Shown here piece after piece: positions 13,965 to 25,512 of a stretch of DNA of 64,000 nucleotides. The position numbers were made by a program, and so were the translations under genes. Numbering within the stretch: the first letter of the stretch is position 1; every line of letters begins with the position of its first letter. The notes beneath the pieces are model-generated. The model worked only from the letters and a program-made list of their open reading frames with translations, ran no database searches and was not told the DNA's origin. Source of the stretch: Octopus vulgaris (taxonomy: Eukaryota); contig OX597822.1 of NCBI GenBank assembly GCA_951406725.2, positions 36,022,001 through 36,086,000 on the forward strand. Reading direction: 5' to 3'.

Positions 13965-15825
13965 AGCAAATTAATAGAGAGTTAGTTTAGATGAGATGCA
14001 GTTTATGTTTGTGCCAGGGAAAAGTACTACTGATGCTATATTCCTGGTAAGGCAGCTGCAGGAGAAATACCTAGCCAAAGATAAGCCCCTGTACCTGGCT
14101 TTTGTTGACATGGAGAAAGCCTTCGACAGGGTCCCCCGATCCCTTATCTGGTGGGCAATGAGGAAACTAGGGATAGATGAATGGTTAGTGAGAGCTGTGC
14201 GGGCCATGTATAGGGACGCTGCTAGTAGGGTGAGGGTTGGAAATGAGTACAGTGAAGAATTCCGGGTAGAGGTAGGGGTCCACCAAGGCTCAGTACTCAG
14301 CCCCCTCCTATTTATCATAGTCCTCCAGGCAATAACGGAGGAATTCAAGACAGGATGCCCTTGGGAGCTCCTCTATGCTGATGACCTTGCTCTAATTGCT
14401 GAGTCGCTATCAGAACTGGAGGAGAAGTTTCAGGTGTGGAAACAAGGATTAGAATCGAAGGGCCTCAGAGTCAATCTAGCTAAAACCAAAGTCGTAATCA
14501 GTAGGAAGGTAGACAAATCACAAACGCCTTCAGGTAGATGGCCCTGCTCGATCTGTAGAAAAGGTGTAGGTAGAAACTCTATAAGATGCACCAAGTGTAA
14601 GCTATGGACACATAAGAGATGCAGCAATGTCAAAGGAAGGCTAACTAGGAAGATGGTTTTTGTATGTGACAGATGCTCAGGAACAATAAACACTGAAAAT
14701 GCTCTGAGACCAACTTCCGTCACTTTCCAGGGAGAAAAACTAGAAATAGTTGATAGTTTCCGTTACCTAGGTGACCAAGTCAGCAGCGGGGGCGGGTGTG
14801 CTGAAAGTGTAACTGCTAGAGTAAGAATAGCTTGGGCAAAGTTCAGAGAGCTCTTACCTCTGCTGGTGACAAAAGGCCTCTCACACAGAGTGAAAGGCAG
14901 ACTGTATGATGCGTGTGTACGAACAGCCATGCTACATGGCAGTGAAACATGGGCCGTGACTGCTGAGGATATGCGTAAGCTCGCAAGAAATGAAGCCAGT
15001 ATGCTCCGATGGATGTGTAATGTCGGTATTCACACTCGGCAGAGTGTAAGTACCTTGAGAGAAAAGCTGGACCTAAGAAGCATCAGTTGTGGTGTGCAAG
15101 AGAGACGTTTGCGCTGGTATGGTCATGTGGCAAGAATGGATGAAGATAGTTGTGTGAAAAAGTGCCACACCCTAGCGGTTGAGGGAACCTGTGGAAGAGG
15201 CAGACCCAGGAAAACCTGGGACGAGGTGGTGAAGCACGACCTTCGAACTTTAGGTCTCACTGAGGAAATGACTAGAGACCGAGACCTCTGGAAGTGTGCT
15301 GTGCGCGAGAAGACCCGGCAGGACAAGTGAGTCCATAACCCGTGGCCTTCTACATGGGATGGAGCCAGCCTACATATGCATACCTTCCCTTCTTGGGACA
15401 CAAAACTCTACTTGTGAAGACGTGTTGAGGCAAGTGAGGATCAGAATCGAAATCGATCAATGGAAATTGCAGATGTGTTACCAGTGCCGGTGGCATGTAA
15501 GAGAACCTTCCGTTTCGCGACCGTTGCCAGCACCGCCCCGTTTCGTGTCCGTTGCCAGCCTCGCCTGGCCCTCGTGTCGGTGGCACATAAAAAGCACCAT
15601 CCGTTCGTGGTCGTTTGCCAGCTCTGTCTGGCACCAGTGCGGGTGGCACGTAAAAAGCACCCACTACACTCACGGAGTGGTTGGCGTTAGGAAGGGCATC
15701 CAGCCGTAGAAACACTGCCAGATTTGACTGGGCCTGATGAAGCCTTCACAGACCCCAGTAGAACCGTCCAACCCATGCTAGCATGGAAAGCGGACGCTAA
15801 ACGATGATGATGATGATGATGATGA
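13965..15825 (+). mobile_element. 5'-truncated RTE-clade LINE
   Basis: RT ORF, 3' UTR with ggtggcacgtaaaaagcacc repeats, (GAT)n tail. Confidence 0.95.
13996..15330 (+). CDS. Non-LTR (RTE) reverse transcriptase, C-terminal part, with PHD-like Cys/His insert
   Basis: Motifs FVDMEKAFD, GVHQGSVLSPLLF, YADD, FRYLG, RRLRWYGHV, GRGRPRKTW; uninterrupted 444 aa; endonuclease domain missing. Confidence 0.9.
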   Translation: MQFMFVPGKSTTDAIFLVRQLQEKYLAKDKPLYLAFVDMEKAFDRVPRSLIWWAMRKLGIDEWLVRAVRAMYRDAASRVRVGNEYSEEFRVEVGVHQGSVLSPLLFIIVLQAITEEFKTGCPWELLYADDLALIAESLSELEEKFQVWKQGLESKGLRVNLAKTKVVISRKVDKSQTPSGRWPCSICRKGVGRNSIRCTKCKLWTHKRCSNVKGRLTRKMVFVCDRCSGTINTENALRPTSVTFQGEKLEIVDSFRYLGDQVSSGGGCAESVTARVRIAWAKFRELLPLLVTKGLSHRVKGRLYDACVRTAMLHGSETWAVTAEDMRKLARNEASMLRWMCNVGIHTRQSVSTLREKLDLRSISCGVQERRLRWYGHVARMDEDSCVKKCHTLAVEGTCGRGRPRKTWDEVVKHDLRTLGLTEEMTRDRDLWKCAVREKTRQDK

Positions 15826-16078
15826 AGGGTACAAAAATAGTACCAGCATTGCTAGAAATAAGAGTCAAAAGTGACTTGATAGCCACACAAAGCACTAACC
15901 TCATGAGATTGACGAAAAGCAAGGGAGCAAGCAAAAGCATCTTTCTATGGTGAGATATGGTGTGGCTATTGAATTACTTTTGACTATTATTTCTAGCAAT
16001 GTTGTTACTATTTCTCTTTCTCTTTTCTCTTTTATACATATATTTATACATATATATTATTACATAAATATACTATTT

Positions 16079-16114
<36 letters not shown>

Positions 16115-16466
16115 TGTTTGTTTTCCATGCTAATATAGGTTACACAAATATGGTTTTGAGATATTAGACTTTTACAGCCAGATGCCCTTCCTGTTGCTAA
16201 CCCTTATCTCTTCCAGATAGATGGAAGAGCATTGTAGAAAATGAAGGAGAGTATATTTTAGATTTAAAAAGAACTTTGTTTATCTTAATAAAAGAAATAT
16301 TAAAAAAACCCACATTATTTATGGGATGACCCAATATTATAACATTGATGTGGTACTTAATGTATACCTACTTTTGCACATACACCCCACCCCTGTATAT
16401 ATATATGTGTGTATGTATGTGTACCTTTTCTTTAGACACAAAACTCTGCTTGTGAAGACCTGTTGA

Positions 16467-18001
16467 GGCAAGTGAAACCAAATTCGATGACTGGCACCCG
16501 TGCCAGTGGTGTGGTAACAGCGCCATCCAAGCGGGATCACTGCCCGAGCAGCCGACTGGCTTCCATGCTGGTGGCACGTAAAAAGCACCATTTGAGAGTG
16601 ATTGTTACCTGCGTTGCCTTACTGGCACTTGTGCCGGTGGCATGTGAAAAAACATTCGAGCAAGGTCGTTGCCAGTGCCATTGGACTGGCTCCTGTGCAG
16701 GTGGCACATAAAAAGCACCATTTGAGCGTGGCTGTTGCCAGTACCGCCAGACTGGCCCTCATGCCGGTGGCACGTAAAAGCACCAACTACACTCTCGGAG
16801 TGGTTGGCGTTAGGAAGGGCATCCAGCTGTAGAAATTCTGCCAGATCAGATTGGAGCCTGGTGCAGCCATCTGGTTCGCCAGTCCTCAGTCAAATCGTCC
16901 AACCCATGCTGGCATGGAAAGCAGATGTATGATGATGATGATATATATATATATATATATATATAAACCTTTGGCAATATGCTGTGCTTGAGAAGAAACC
17001 TATCAAGCCAAGTGAAATCATAGTCATGGCAGATGCTGGTATCATATAACTGGCATCCATGCTGGAGACACATATAAAGCACCTTTTGAGCTGTCATCCT
17101 CCATGCGTATCACAGACTCGTTTCTGCAATCTTCTCCCTTGCACACAACATCTGATTCTTCTTCTATCCAGATTTTCTAACAAGCCATTTGTACAAATAT
17201 TTATTGCCCATTGACATAGCACATCCACGCTCACTTAATTCCTTTCTGGTCTTAGTAAATATGTGTGTACCTGTGTATGTGTGCATGCACATGTGTGTGT
17301 ATATATAAATATATTTGAAACAATGAATAATGATGATGTTTCTGATAATTATTTTCCACCTTAATGATTAGATGTTTACGATTCATGCCATAATGATACA
17401 ATTTGTAGACATCTGATCGTTAAATAATTATCAGAAAAGTAATTTTTATGCAAATGTATGCAACTATGCCACACCAAAGATTTTCTATTTCTACTATATA
17501 TATATATATATATATATGGCAAGTGAAATCGAAACCAAACTCGGTGACTGGCATCCGTTGCTAGTGGAGCGCCAAGAGTACCATACGAGTGAGATCGTTG
17601 CCAGAGCAACAAGCTGGCCTTCATACCAATGGCACATTAAAAACACCATTCAAGTGTGATCGTTACCTACGTCGCCTTACTAGCACTTGTCTTGGTGGCA
17701 CATAAAAAAAGACATTCGAGCAAGGTCAATGCCAGTGCCGCTGGACTGACTCCTGTGCAGGTGGCACATAAAAAGCACCATTTGAGCGTGGCCGTTGCCA
17801 GTACCGCCAGACTGGCCCTCATGCCGGTGGCACATAAAAGCACCCACTACACTCTCGGAGTGGTTGGTGTTAGGAAGGTCATCCAGCAGTAGAAACTCTG
17901 CCAGATCAGATTGGAGCCTGGTGCAGTCATCTGGTTCGCCAGTCCTTAGTTAAATCATCCAACCCATGCTAGCATGGAAAGCAGACGTTAAATGATGATG
18001 A

Positions 18002-18035
<34 letters not shown>

Positions 18036-19188
18036 TATTATAATATATATATAAACCTTTGGCAATATGCTGTGCTTGAGAAGAGACCTATCAAGCCAAG
18101 TGAAATCATAGTCATGGCAGATGCTGGTGTCATATAACTGGCATCCATGCTGGAGACACATAAAAAGCACCTTTTGAGCTGTCATCCTCCATGCACATCA
18201 CAGACTCGTTTCTGCAATCTTCTCCCTTGCACACAACATCTGATTCTTCTTCTATCCAGATTTTCTAACAAGCCATTTGTACAGATATGTATTGCCCATT
18301 GACATAGCACATCCACACTCACTTAATTCCTTTCTGGTCTTAGTAAATATGTGTGTACATGTGTATGTGTGCATGCACATGTGTGTGTATATATAAATAT
18401 ATTTGAAAAAATGAATAATGATGATGTTTCTGATAATTATTTTCCAACTTAACCCTTTCGTTACCAACCTGGCTGAAATCAGCTCTGGCTCTGTAGTACA
18501 AATGTCTTGTTTTACTATTTTACTTGTTTCAGTCATTTGACTGCGGCCATGCTGAAGGACTGCCTTTTAGTCGAGCAAATCGACCCCAGAACTTATTTTT
18601 TGTAAGCCTAGTATTTATTCTATCAGTCTCTTTTGCCGAACCACTAAGTTACGGGTACGTAAACACACCAGCATCCGTTGTCAAGCGATGTTAGGGAGAC
18701 AAACATAGACACACAAACACATATATATACATAAATATATATACGACAGACTTCTTTCAGTTTCCATCTACCAAATCCACTCACAAGGCTTTGGTCGACC
18801 TGAGGCTATAGTAGAAGACACTTTCCCAAGGTGCCATGCAGTGGGACTGAACCCGGAACCGTGTGGTGGGTAAGCAAGCTACTTACCACACAGCCCATAA
18901 ATTTTGAATTAAAATCTTCCACCAAATCTTAGTCACAATTTATGTTCCTAACACTGGCCGTATGATAACTAAGTTATTTTACTAAATTCTTTATTATATT
19001 TAAAGTAATTGAAAGAAACACAGAGCATCTCAAAATAAATACAGTAACAAAAGGGTTAATGATCAGATGTTTAAAATTCATGTCATAATGATACAATTTG
19101 TAGACATCTGATCATTAAATGATTATCAGAAAAGTAATTTTTATTCAAATGTATGCAACTCTGCCATACCAAGGATTTTCTATTTCTA

Positions 19189-19190
<2 letters not shown>
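16467..19190. repeat. Tandem duplication of a ~1.05 kb unit (16467-17494 and 17518-19190, the second with an insertion)
   Basis: RTE 3' UTR fragment + (TA)n + unique sequence (ctgtcatcctccatgc...atttttatgcaaatgtatgcaact) repeated in the same order. Confidence 0.85.
18453..19055. mobile_element. piggyBac-type MITE with nested family-A SINE (~18515-18895)
   Basis: TTAA at 18449-18452 and 19056-19059; TIR ccctttcgttac/gtaacaaaaggg; the paralogous copy at ~17361 has a single TTAA (empty site). Confidence 0.85.
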
Positions 19191-19233
<43 letters not shown>

Positions 19234-19374
19234 ATCCAAATAAGAAAACACAAAAAAACAAAGAAACACAACAACGCGAGGACATGGAACAAATAAAGTA
19301 TTATTGGATGCACAGGAAAGAAGGGTATATATATATATGTTAGAAGTATTGAGGGTGATGTACAGATTTAATAC

Positions 19375-19592
19375 ATATGAAAGAAAAAAGTGTTCAGAAT
19401 GATTGATGGTTGTAAAAATATATATTTATTTACATATCGCATATTATTTCTTTATATTAGCGCTTTCAACTACTACTGATGAAACTACAGGAGTAGTTGA
19501 AAGCACTAATATGAAGAAATAATATGTGATATGTAAATAAATATATATTTTTACAACCATCCAGCATTCTGAACACCTTTTTTCTTTCATAT
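19375..19592. repeat. Palindrome from Penelope-like pseudo-LTR with central hammerhead
   Basis: atatgaaagaaaaaagtgttcagaatg...gcgctttcaactac / gtagttgaaagcact...cattctgaacaccttttttctttcatat. Confidence 0.85.
19476..19512 (+). ncRNA. Hammerhead ribozyme core (stem I 5' strand lost at the inversion junction)
   Basis: CUGAUGA-AACUAC(AGGA)GUAGUU-GAAA-GC(A)CU-A; the mirror arm preserves the palindromic stem III AGCGCU. Confidence 0.75.
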
Positions 19593-20269
19593 ATATATCT
19601 ATATAGGAGAAATAAGGATAACAGATTGCTTTGTAATTATTATTCCAGCTCTCTATGCTCAGCATTCAAATCCTGTGGAGGTCAATTTAGCTTTTCATCC
19701 TTTCAGTGTCAATAAATAAGATAAAAATCTTTGCTTGGAACTGGTTTGTTTTCTTTCACTCACTCTTTCTGTCTGTCTGACTATCTTCTTTAAGAAATCA
19801 GCAGTGGTCAAACCTGGAGAGGAATGGTCTCTGCTCAGTCAGAAAAATGACCAATACATGTTTGTATGTCATATGACAGCACCCCTCCATCAAGGAGTCG
19901 AAGGTAGGGCAAACTATTGAGTGTGTGTGTGTGTGTGTGTGTGTGTGTATCAAAATTACTGTGGTCTACACACAACTGATGTATCCTTGTTTGTGTTTTT
20001 CCATATCCTATTCATTTGACACATTCCCCCTCTATTTTGATTGTGACACCCACAGACTTTTGGTTTACATTAATCTACATGTATTTTTATCTCTTTGCAA
20101 ACACCTCTCTTTCTCCCTTCTTTGTCCCCATTTCTTTCTCTCACTCCATTATTTTGCCCCCTCCCCTCTCTCTCTCTCATTTTCTATTTCTTTCTCCCTG
20201 TTCTTCAACTTCATTCTCTCTCCCATCTCTGTCTAGCTTTCTTCTTTCTCAGAATACCATTCAAACTTA

Positions 20270-20590
20270 ACATCATCTTCATTATTTACATTCAACGGAT
20301 ATTTGTCCTCATCTTGTTTGTTGTTAACACAACATTTCGGCTGATATACCCTCCAGCCTTCTTCAGGTGTCTTGGGGAAATTTCAAACCTGGGTTCTCAT
20401 TCCTAAGGTATTTTCTGATATTATTATCATTATTATTATTATTGTTGTTGTTGTTATTGTTCAGGTCACTGCTTGGAATCGAACTCGGAATCTTGGGGTT
20501 AGTAGCCAGCGCTCTTAACCACTACACCATATACCCGTCAAAAGTAAATAATGTACATAATTCCTCATCTCTGAAATATAGAACTGTATT
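20270..20590 (-). mobile_element. tRNA-headed, hammerhead-containing short retroelement with Penelope-type inverted end
   Basis: Minus strand: A box tggtgtagtgg, B box gagttcgattcc (20463-20535), (AAT/AAC)n, HHR at 20326-20371; 3' end inverted at the 5' flank (20280-20298 vs 20535-20553, 16/19 match). Confidence 0.7.
20326..20371 (-). ncRNA. Minimal type I hammerhead ribozyme motif
   Basis: GACAC-CUGAAGA-A-GGCUG(GAGGGUAUAU)CAGCC-GAAA-UGUU-GUGUU; stem III fits palindromic AACGUU with one CpG>TpG change. Confidence 0.8.
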
Positions 20591-21361
20591 CACATCATCT
20601 TATCGCTCATGTATGCTCCTGTGCATTCTGATCTAAGCTCCATTATAAAGCCATTTCAGTTTTTGCTATCACTCTCCCCATTTCTCTTTATTGAAGGCCT
20701 AATAACTATTTCCTGTTTGTTTCCTCCAGTTATACCATGTCTTTTTGATATCTTTTATAACTTTGTTCAACTTTCTGCTTGTCACAACTTACTGTTTTCC
20801 ATTTCATTAAGTCAACAGATCCTAAACTTTTGCTGAGCAGAATTTTTTGTACATCTTCGTATACACATCGTTATCTTGTTCTGTGATACTGTAACACTGT
20901 GCATGCATAGTCCAACATTGCATTGTCCCATTCCTTTGTTAGCATCCTGTTTTTCCTGCCCCTTTTCTTTACAGCATCTTTCTATAAAATCTACAACACA
21001 CTGGAGCTAACAATACTGTTTCCAATGTACTGAAACTGTAGTGACTTCCGGACAAGAACTGATGAAGGGGAATCTATCCATATTTGTGCTTTGTCATCTC
21101 CCTTTCATTTGGCTTATTCTCAATGATTAATTTTCCTTAAACATGTGTGTGTGTGTGTGTATATATAATCATATGTCTATGATATTAGCTCCATTTGTTC
21201 GACAATTATAAGTATTACTTACAGTTAGAAAATACCCACTTTTTTTTTGTTTCATTATATTGTATCGCTGTTAGAATACGTTTTCTGCAATGACTCTTGA
21301 AACTTGGTAATGACTTGCAGTTTTTATATCAAATATGACACATTTATGTGTTTTATTTTGC

Positions 21362-21510
21362 TTAGATGTATCTCATGGCTTCGTTCTTGTGTATTTTAGA
21401 ATAATAAGCAAGACCTGGTTTGCTCTTGCATACCTTATCACATTCCATACATATGACAGACTCAACTCGCATACATTGATTATAGTGAAGTCCCATACTA
21501 AGCGACATGT
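21362..21510 (-). pseudogene. Degenerate C2H2 zinc-finger fragment, probably a LINE ORF C-terminus
   Basis: CMECDKVCKSKPGLAYYSKIH followed by a stop; first His replaced by Tyr; no convincing splice context. Confidence 0.4.
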
Positions 21511-22444
21511 ACATCACAATTATATATCTATGTGTGTTTGTGTACACAAACACACACATATCTATATACATACATACATATATTCATTCATATATGTATG
21601 GTATTGATATCTAAAAAATTTTTTGCATGAGTTACAAGTCATTTAGGACAATAAACCAGAACACAGTTCAGTTTTCAATCTTTCAAAACATCTCTAAAAG
21701 GAAATATGTTCTCTTTACATATGTGTGTAATTATATGCATTATATACACTCACACACAAACACCCACTCATACACACACACACACATTTGTGTGCATACA
21801 CAAATGCACACAAACTCATTTGTGTGCATACGCAAATACACACAAACTCAAACACCCACCCACACACAAATACACACACACACAAACACATGCACACACA
21901 AACACCCACCCACACATACGTACACACATACAAACATACACAGGCACACACATATATGCGTGTATCATTATCATTGTTTTAATGCCCACTTTTTCATGCT
22001 TGCATGAGACAAATGGAATTTGTTGTGACAGACTTTCTATGGCCAGATGCCCTTCCTGTTATCACCAACCATCATCTATTTTCAAGGAAGATAATATTTC
22101 TCCATGGCCAAACACATTTTCATGAAAAATTGATAAATAGAAAAAAAAAGGGCACCATTCGTATGGCAGTGACATTCTTTTACAATCATCAAGCAACGTC
22201 AAGACAAGAAAACATTGACATATATGTATGTATGTATTTAATGTATGTATACATATATATATATATGTATATATATCATCATCATCACCATTTAACATCC
22301 ACTTTCCATGCTGGTATGGGTTGGACAAAGCTATAGTAGAAGACACTTGCCCAAGGTGCCACGCAGTAAGACTGAACCTGGAATCATGTGGTTGGGAAGC
22401 AAGCTTTTGCCACACAGCCACTCCTGTATGTAAATGCATATATA

Positions 22445-23205
22445 TACTAGCACTATGACCCAGCAACGCCGGGTCATACTGCTAGTGCATGCATATACAG
22501 CTGCGTGCATGCGCACATACACACGAGTACTGTCCAAATCTCTGACCAATCACATACAGCCAGCTGGCATTCAATTGGTGTATCAAGTTTCGGGCATTTT
22601 GATTGGGGTTTGGATAGAAAATTCACAAAAAAGTCACTTCTATTGATTTTTAATGGCTTTGTGGAGTGACTGGGGAAATGTAAAGATGTGCACAACCACC
22701 CTCAGATGGTTTTGAATGACCATAGAAAGTGTGAGCCCTCTAACTGAAGAATTTTGGATTTGTATAAAGGACACACACACAGACATTTTGCCATTTATAT
22801 ATATACTAGCAGTATCGCCCGGCGTTGCTCAGGTTGTAAGGGAAATAACTATATAAGCATTTTTAGAGAGTTATAGTCAAAAAATAGCAAAAAAGTGCAT
22901 TAAAAATTGAAAAAAAATTAAGGTAAATTTTTTTTTAAATCGTTGACACATCGTAGATATTTTTAGAGAGTTACTTCCCTTATATAAAAGCGAAAAAAAT
23001 GCATTAAAATGGAAAAATATGATGGTAAATTTTTTTTAAATCGTAGACTCATCGTAGACGCACGCTAATACCCAGAAGGGCTCTATATGAATCACGACTA
23101 TAAGATACCCGCTTTTGGTTAAACTGCACCGCAAAATGTGGGAGTAGTTAGGAATCTAAATCGTAGGAGACAGACACCACACAACTTCACTCTTATATAA
23201 AGATG
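22445..23205. mobile_element. Two adjacent Helentron/DINE-1-like non-autonomous elements
   Basis: Both start tactagca... with a GC-rich hairpin (ctagcactatgacccagcaacgccgggtcatactgctag; atcgcccggcgttgct) and end in cagac...ttatat(a)...; the second has an internal ~100 bp tandem repeat. Confidence 0.6.
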
Positions 23206-23209
23206 CTTT

Positions 23210-24290
23210 TTTTTTTTTCAGTCATAGAGTTAGATTTATGAAGGTCTTCAGTAGAAAATCCTTTGAATTCTGACTCGCTGCTTGATATAATGAAATTCGT
23301 ATCCATTTTTTGTCAGAATTACAAATTTTGAAAACACAATAGGAACAAATTTCGGAAAAAAATCTCCCATAATTCACGGAATTAAAATTACACTTCGATT
23401 TCTGTACAAAACTGTAGTTGAAGTGTTTACGAAGTATAATACGTGTTTTCACGAATGTACTAAAGAGATTTGCTCTGATAATCTCATTTAAATATGAATA
23501 GGTAAATTCGGGCGGCTTGGTAACTATATATAAGTGTCATCTGTTTATACATAAACACTGTTTCATACTGCAATTATATATACATATATCTATATATAAT
23601 ATTATATAATAAAATATATACAGAGTAAAATAAAAACCAATTTACCTTTTCTGTCCGTTCGTGTGTCTTTGCAAATGTGTTGGAATGATAAGTGAGTTGA
23701 GTTTTGGCGCCTTTTTTACTAATAACAAACACACACGTGTTTGTATGTAGTTGTATGTGTATGCGTGTGTGCGAGGAATGACACACACACACACTCACGC
23801 ACGCACACATGTACATCAATGCTTTCGGAGTGATATGTTAAAATATTGAGTTTTCTCGAATTTTGTCTTAATTGGTAGTAAAATTGAAAGAAATTTTTTA
23901 TGGCATCACCCACTGAAGTACTCTGAAAAATCTTAGGTAAATTCTAATTGAAGAAATTGTGTGAGGACTAAATGGTTATGTATTTATTTGTTTCTGTTTG
24001 CTGTGTTTTTTTATTTTTTGAGTAGTTGTTTAAATACTTTCAGTTTAGTCTTCCTCAAATCACTCTGTCGCTATTTACTTTCATTTTATTCGTCGCACAC
24101 TGTGTGTGTGCGTTTGCGTGTGGTGTAAACCAGACTAAGAAAAGCATTTGACACACACACCAGAATGTGAGTTTTCTGTAAATTTTGCTTAATTGGAGCT
24201 TAAATTTTAAAAACTGGACCTGGCATGACACGATGCATTGTACTCTTAAAAATGCTAGGTAAATTGTAATTGAAGAAATCCTATATTGTA
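23210..24290. promoter_or_regulatory. Candidate promoter / first-exon region
   Basis: Non-repeat stretch retaining many CpGs; E2F-like TTTTGGCGCC (23702-23711); RFX half-site TGGTAAC (~23518-23524); donor-like AG|GTAAAT on both strands. Confidence 0.4.
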
Positions 24291-24354
24291 GATTTGTATA
24301 ACTCCCAAAGGGAAGCAGATAAAATCTGCCTTTTATAATAAGAGATATATATGA

Positions 24355-24825
24355 AATCGAAATCAAATTCGATGATCGGCATCTGTGCTAGTGGAGTGCT
24401 AAGAGCACCATCCGAGCATGACTGTTGCCAGAGCAGCTGACTGGCTTCCATGCCGGTGGCACATAAAAAGCACCATTTGAGCATGATCGTTACCAGCGTC
24501 ACCTTACTGGCACTTGTGCCGGTGGCATGTGAACAAAACATTCAAGCGAGGCCAGTGCCAGTGGACTGGCTCCTGTGCAGGTGGCACATAAAAAACACCA
24601 TTCGAGCGTGGCTGTTGTCAGTACCACCTGACTGGCCTTCGTGCCGGTGGCACGTAAAAGCACCCACTACACTCTCAGAGTGGTTGGTGTTAGGAAGGGC
24701 ATCCAGCTGTAGAAACTCTACCAGATCAGATTGGAGTCTGGTGCAGCCATCTGGTTCGCCAATCCTCAGTCAAATCGTCCAACCCATGCTAGCATGGAAA
24801 GCGGACGTTAAACGATGATGATGAT
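24355..24825 (+). mobile_element. RTE LINE 3' UTR fragment
   Basis: Same repeats and ggaaagcggacgttaaacgatgatg end as 15450-15825. Confidence 0.85.
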
Positions 24826-24952
24826 ATATTGAAGGCAATCTGTATATTCAACATAATGTGAATGTTTTGTTAGGATGCCAAATACTGTAGCACTCACCCT
24901 GAGAAAACCTCCCATATAGATGCATGGTGCATGAAAGCACACACACACATAC

Positions 24953-24998
<46 letters not shown>

Positions 24999-25481
24999 TT
25001 AGCAAATGAAAATCCAATGTTATGGGTGCCAGAAATGACAGATCACATGATTTCAACATAACCTGTTTCTTCAGTGACAGGCACCTTGCTTGCCACAACC
25101 AGCCAAATCTTATTGCCAATGATATTTAGAATTCCAGTGACTTTTCAAGCACTGATGTCACAAATAGCCAACAGAGTTATTGAAAAATAATTGTTAGCAA
25201 CAGAAGATGTATTAATACCAAAAGACAATCTTTAAATCTAACTTAAAGTGGATGTTTTTTTAGAACGAGAAATACTGTGGTATTTGCCTTGAGAGACCTC
25301 TGATATGGATGCATAGTGCATAAAAGCACACATATTTATATCATTGGCAGCTAAGAATCATCTGCTATGAGCATCAGAACTGTCAGATCACGTACTTTCA
25401 ACATACTGCTTACTCACATGCATATGCATGCACTCACACGTGCGCATGTACACACACACACACACACACACACATACATAT

Positions 25482-25512
<31 letters not shown>

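Noticed and set aside
16540-16800. CRISPR-like repeat-spacer pattern (ggtggcacgtaaaaagcacc)
   Set aside because: Spacers are homologous to each other, the array is part of an RTE LINE 3' UTR, the context is eukaryotic and no cas genes are present
20463-20536. tRNA gene
   Set aside because: A/B boxes present but acceptor stem does not pair and there is no poly-T terminator; it is a SINE-type head. The same applies to the other SINE heads
20990-21080. Possible hammerhead remnants (gaaactgtagtg; ctgatgaagggg)
   Set aside because: Motifs cannot be assembled into a paired fold; possibly a very old PLE end but unsupported
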